Source of the DNA: Candidatus Binatia bacterium
GTDB taxonomy: Bacteria; Desulfobacterota; Binatia; UBA12015
Length of the DNA stretch: 64,000 nucleotides
Assembly: GCA_019749875.1 (NCBI GenBank)
Contig: JAIEPK010000091.1
Coordinates: 14,398 to 78,397, forward strand
Direction of reading: 5' to 3'
The notes beneath the pieces were generated by a model. It made no database searches. It saw only the letters and a list, made by a program, of their open reading frames with translations, and was not told the origin of the DNA. This document shows, piece after piece, positions 63,628 to 64,000 of this stretch. A program made the translations under genes and the position numbers. How positions within the stretch are numbered: the first letter of the stretch is position 1; each line of letters begins with the position of its first letter.

Positions 63628-64000
63628 GTGCCAGTAGAGTCTCCGCCCGCGTCGGGCGCGCTGTGGTTCGATAGCTGGATTTCGAGCGCGACGGTCGCAA
63701 GCTACTCGAGCCAGCGAGCCAGCTTCGCCGCGAAGAACCTGCTCAACGGTCTGCGCAGCGACACGTGGCGCACGAGCGATGCGACGTCGGACGCCTACGT
63801 CGTCTTTGACATGGGTCAGCTACGCACGCCAGGCTGCCTGGGCCTCGGCGACGTCAACTTCTCCGCCGGGACGTACATCCGCCTGCACGGGTCAGACGAC
63901 TCGGCGCAGGTGGTAAATCCGGTCTACTGGGACCTGCCGCTCTATCCTCACGACGACATTGGTCGCTTCCTCCGTTGGTACATCGGATCGCCCACCTTTG
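63628..64000 (+). CDS. 5' part of the next tail gene (distal tail protein-like); continues beyond the window
   Basis: GGAGGTTGAGGAGAG then GTG at 63628. Good GC3. Open to the window end. Confidence 0.4.
   Translation, partial: MPVESPPASGALWFDSWISSATVASYSSQRASFAAKNLLNGLRSDTWRTSDATSDAYVVFDMGQLRTPGCLGLGDVNFSAGTYIRLHGSDDSAQVVNPVYWDLPLYPHDDIGRFLRWYIGSPTF

Larger units (their letters stand above)
17530..64000. mobile_element. Siphovirus-like prophage (replication, early, packaging, head and long-tail modules); right end beyond the window
   Basis: DnaC-like loader, HNH, VRR-NUC, ParB-like, TerS, TerL, portal-MuF, prohead protease, HK97-like MCP, major tail, G/GT frameshift chaperones and a 2536-aa tape measure in canonical order. 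Many ATGA/GTGA coupled junctions. No integrase seen in the window. Confidence 0.85.

Noticed and set aside
17530-64000. Integrase or excisionase search across the prophage
   Set aside because: No tyrosine or serine recombinase motifs found in any frame. Consistent with the integrase lying beyond the right window edge next to the intact att-tRNA.

Overview
High-GC (~70%) bacterial chromosomal segment, probably Myxococcota-like given the Cys-rich repeat proteins, secreted PHP-domain protein and cell-wall genes. The left ~17.5 kb is host DNA: a response regulator, gltX followed by tRNA-Gln and tRNA-Glu, a HIT hydrolase, a bufferin-type RiPP cluster (DUF2282 precursor, DUF692 MNIO enzyme, DUF2063, plus an extra 337-aa gene), a peroxiredoxin, a creatininase-family protein, a MOP-type flippase, a 1109-aa secreted PHP-like protein, and the conserved DUF882/MepK-like and YcbB-type L,D-transpeptidase pair. 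From about 17.53 kb to the window end (46.5 kb or more) is a siphovirus-like prophage, apparently bounded on the left by a tRNA 3' fragment (att core). Its order is: replication module (initiator with embedded HNH, DnaC-like loader, GATC-rich iterons inside the initiator gene), a long chain of translationally coupled early genes (HTH, HNH, VRR-NUC, RRM-like, two tandem ParB-like paralogs), a secreted cassette (CAP-domain protein and others), TerS-like, TerL, portal fused to a MuF domain that carries an intein, prohead protease-scaffold, HK97-like capsid, glycosyltransferases, a tRNA-like gene, a secreted Cys-rich cargo cassette, tail genes with a G/GT -1 frameshift chaperone, and a 2536-aa tape measure. 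The most unusual item is the intein, which sits in the conserved NCRC motif of MuF and has a recognisable HTH plus Vsr/DUF559-like nuclease gene encoded on the opposite strand within it. No CRISPR array and no integrase were found in the window.
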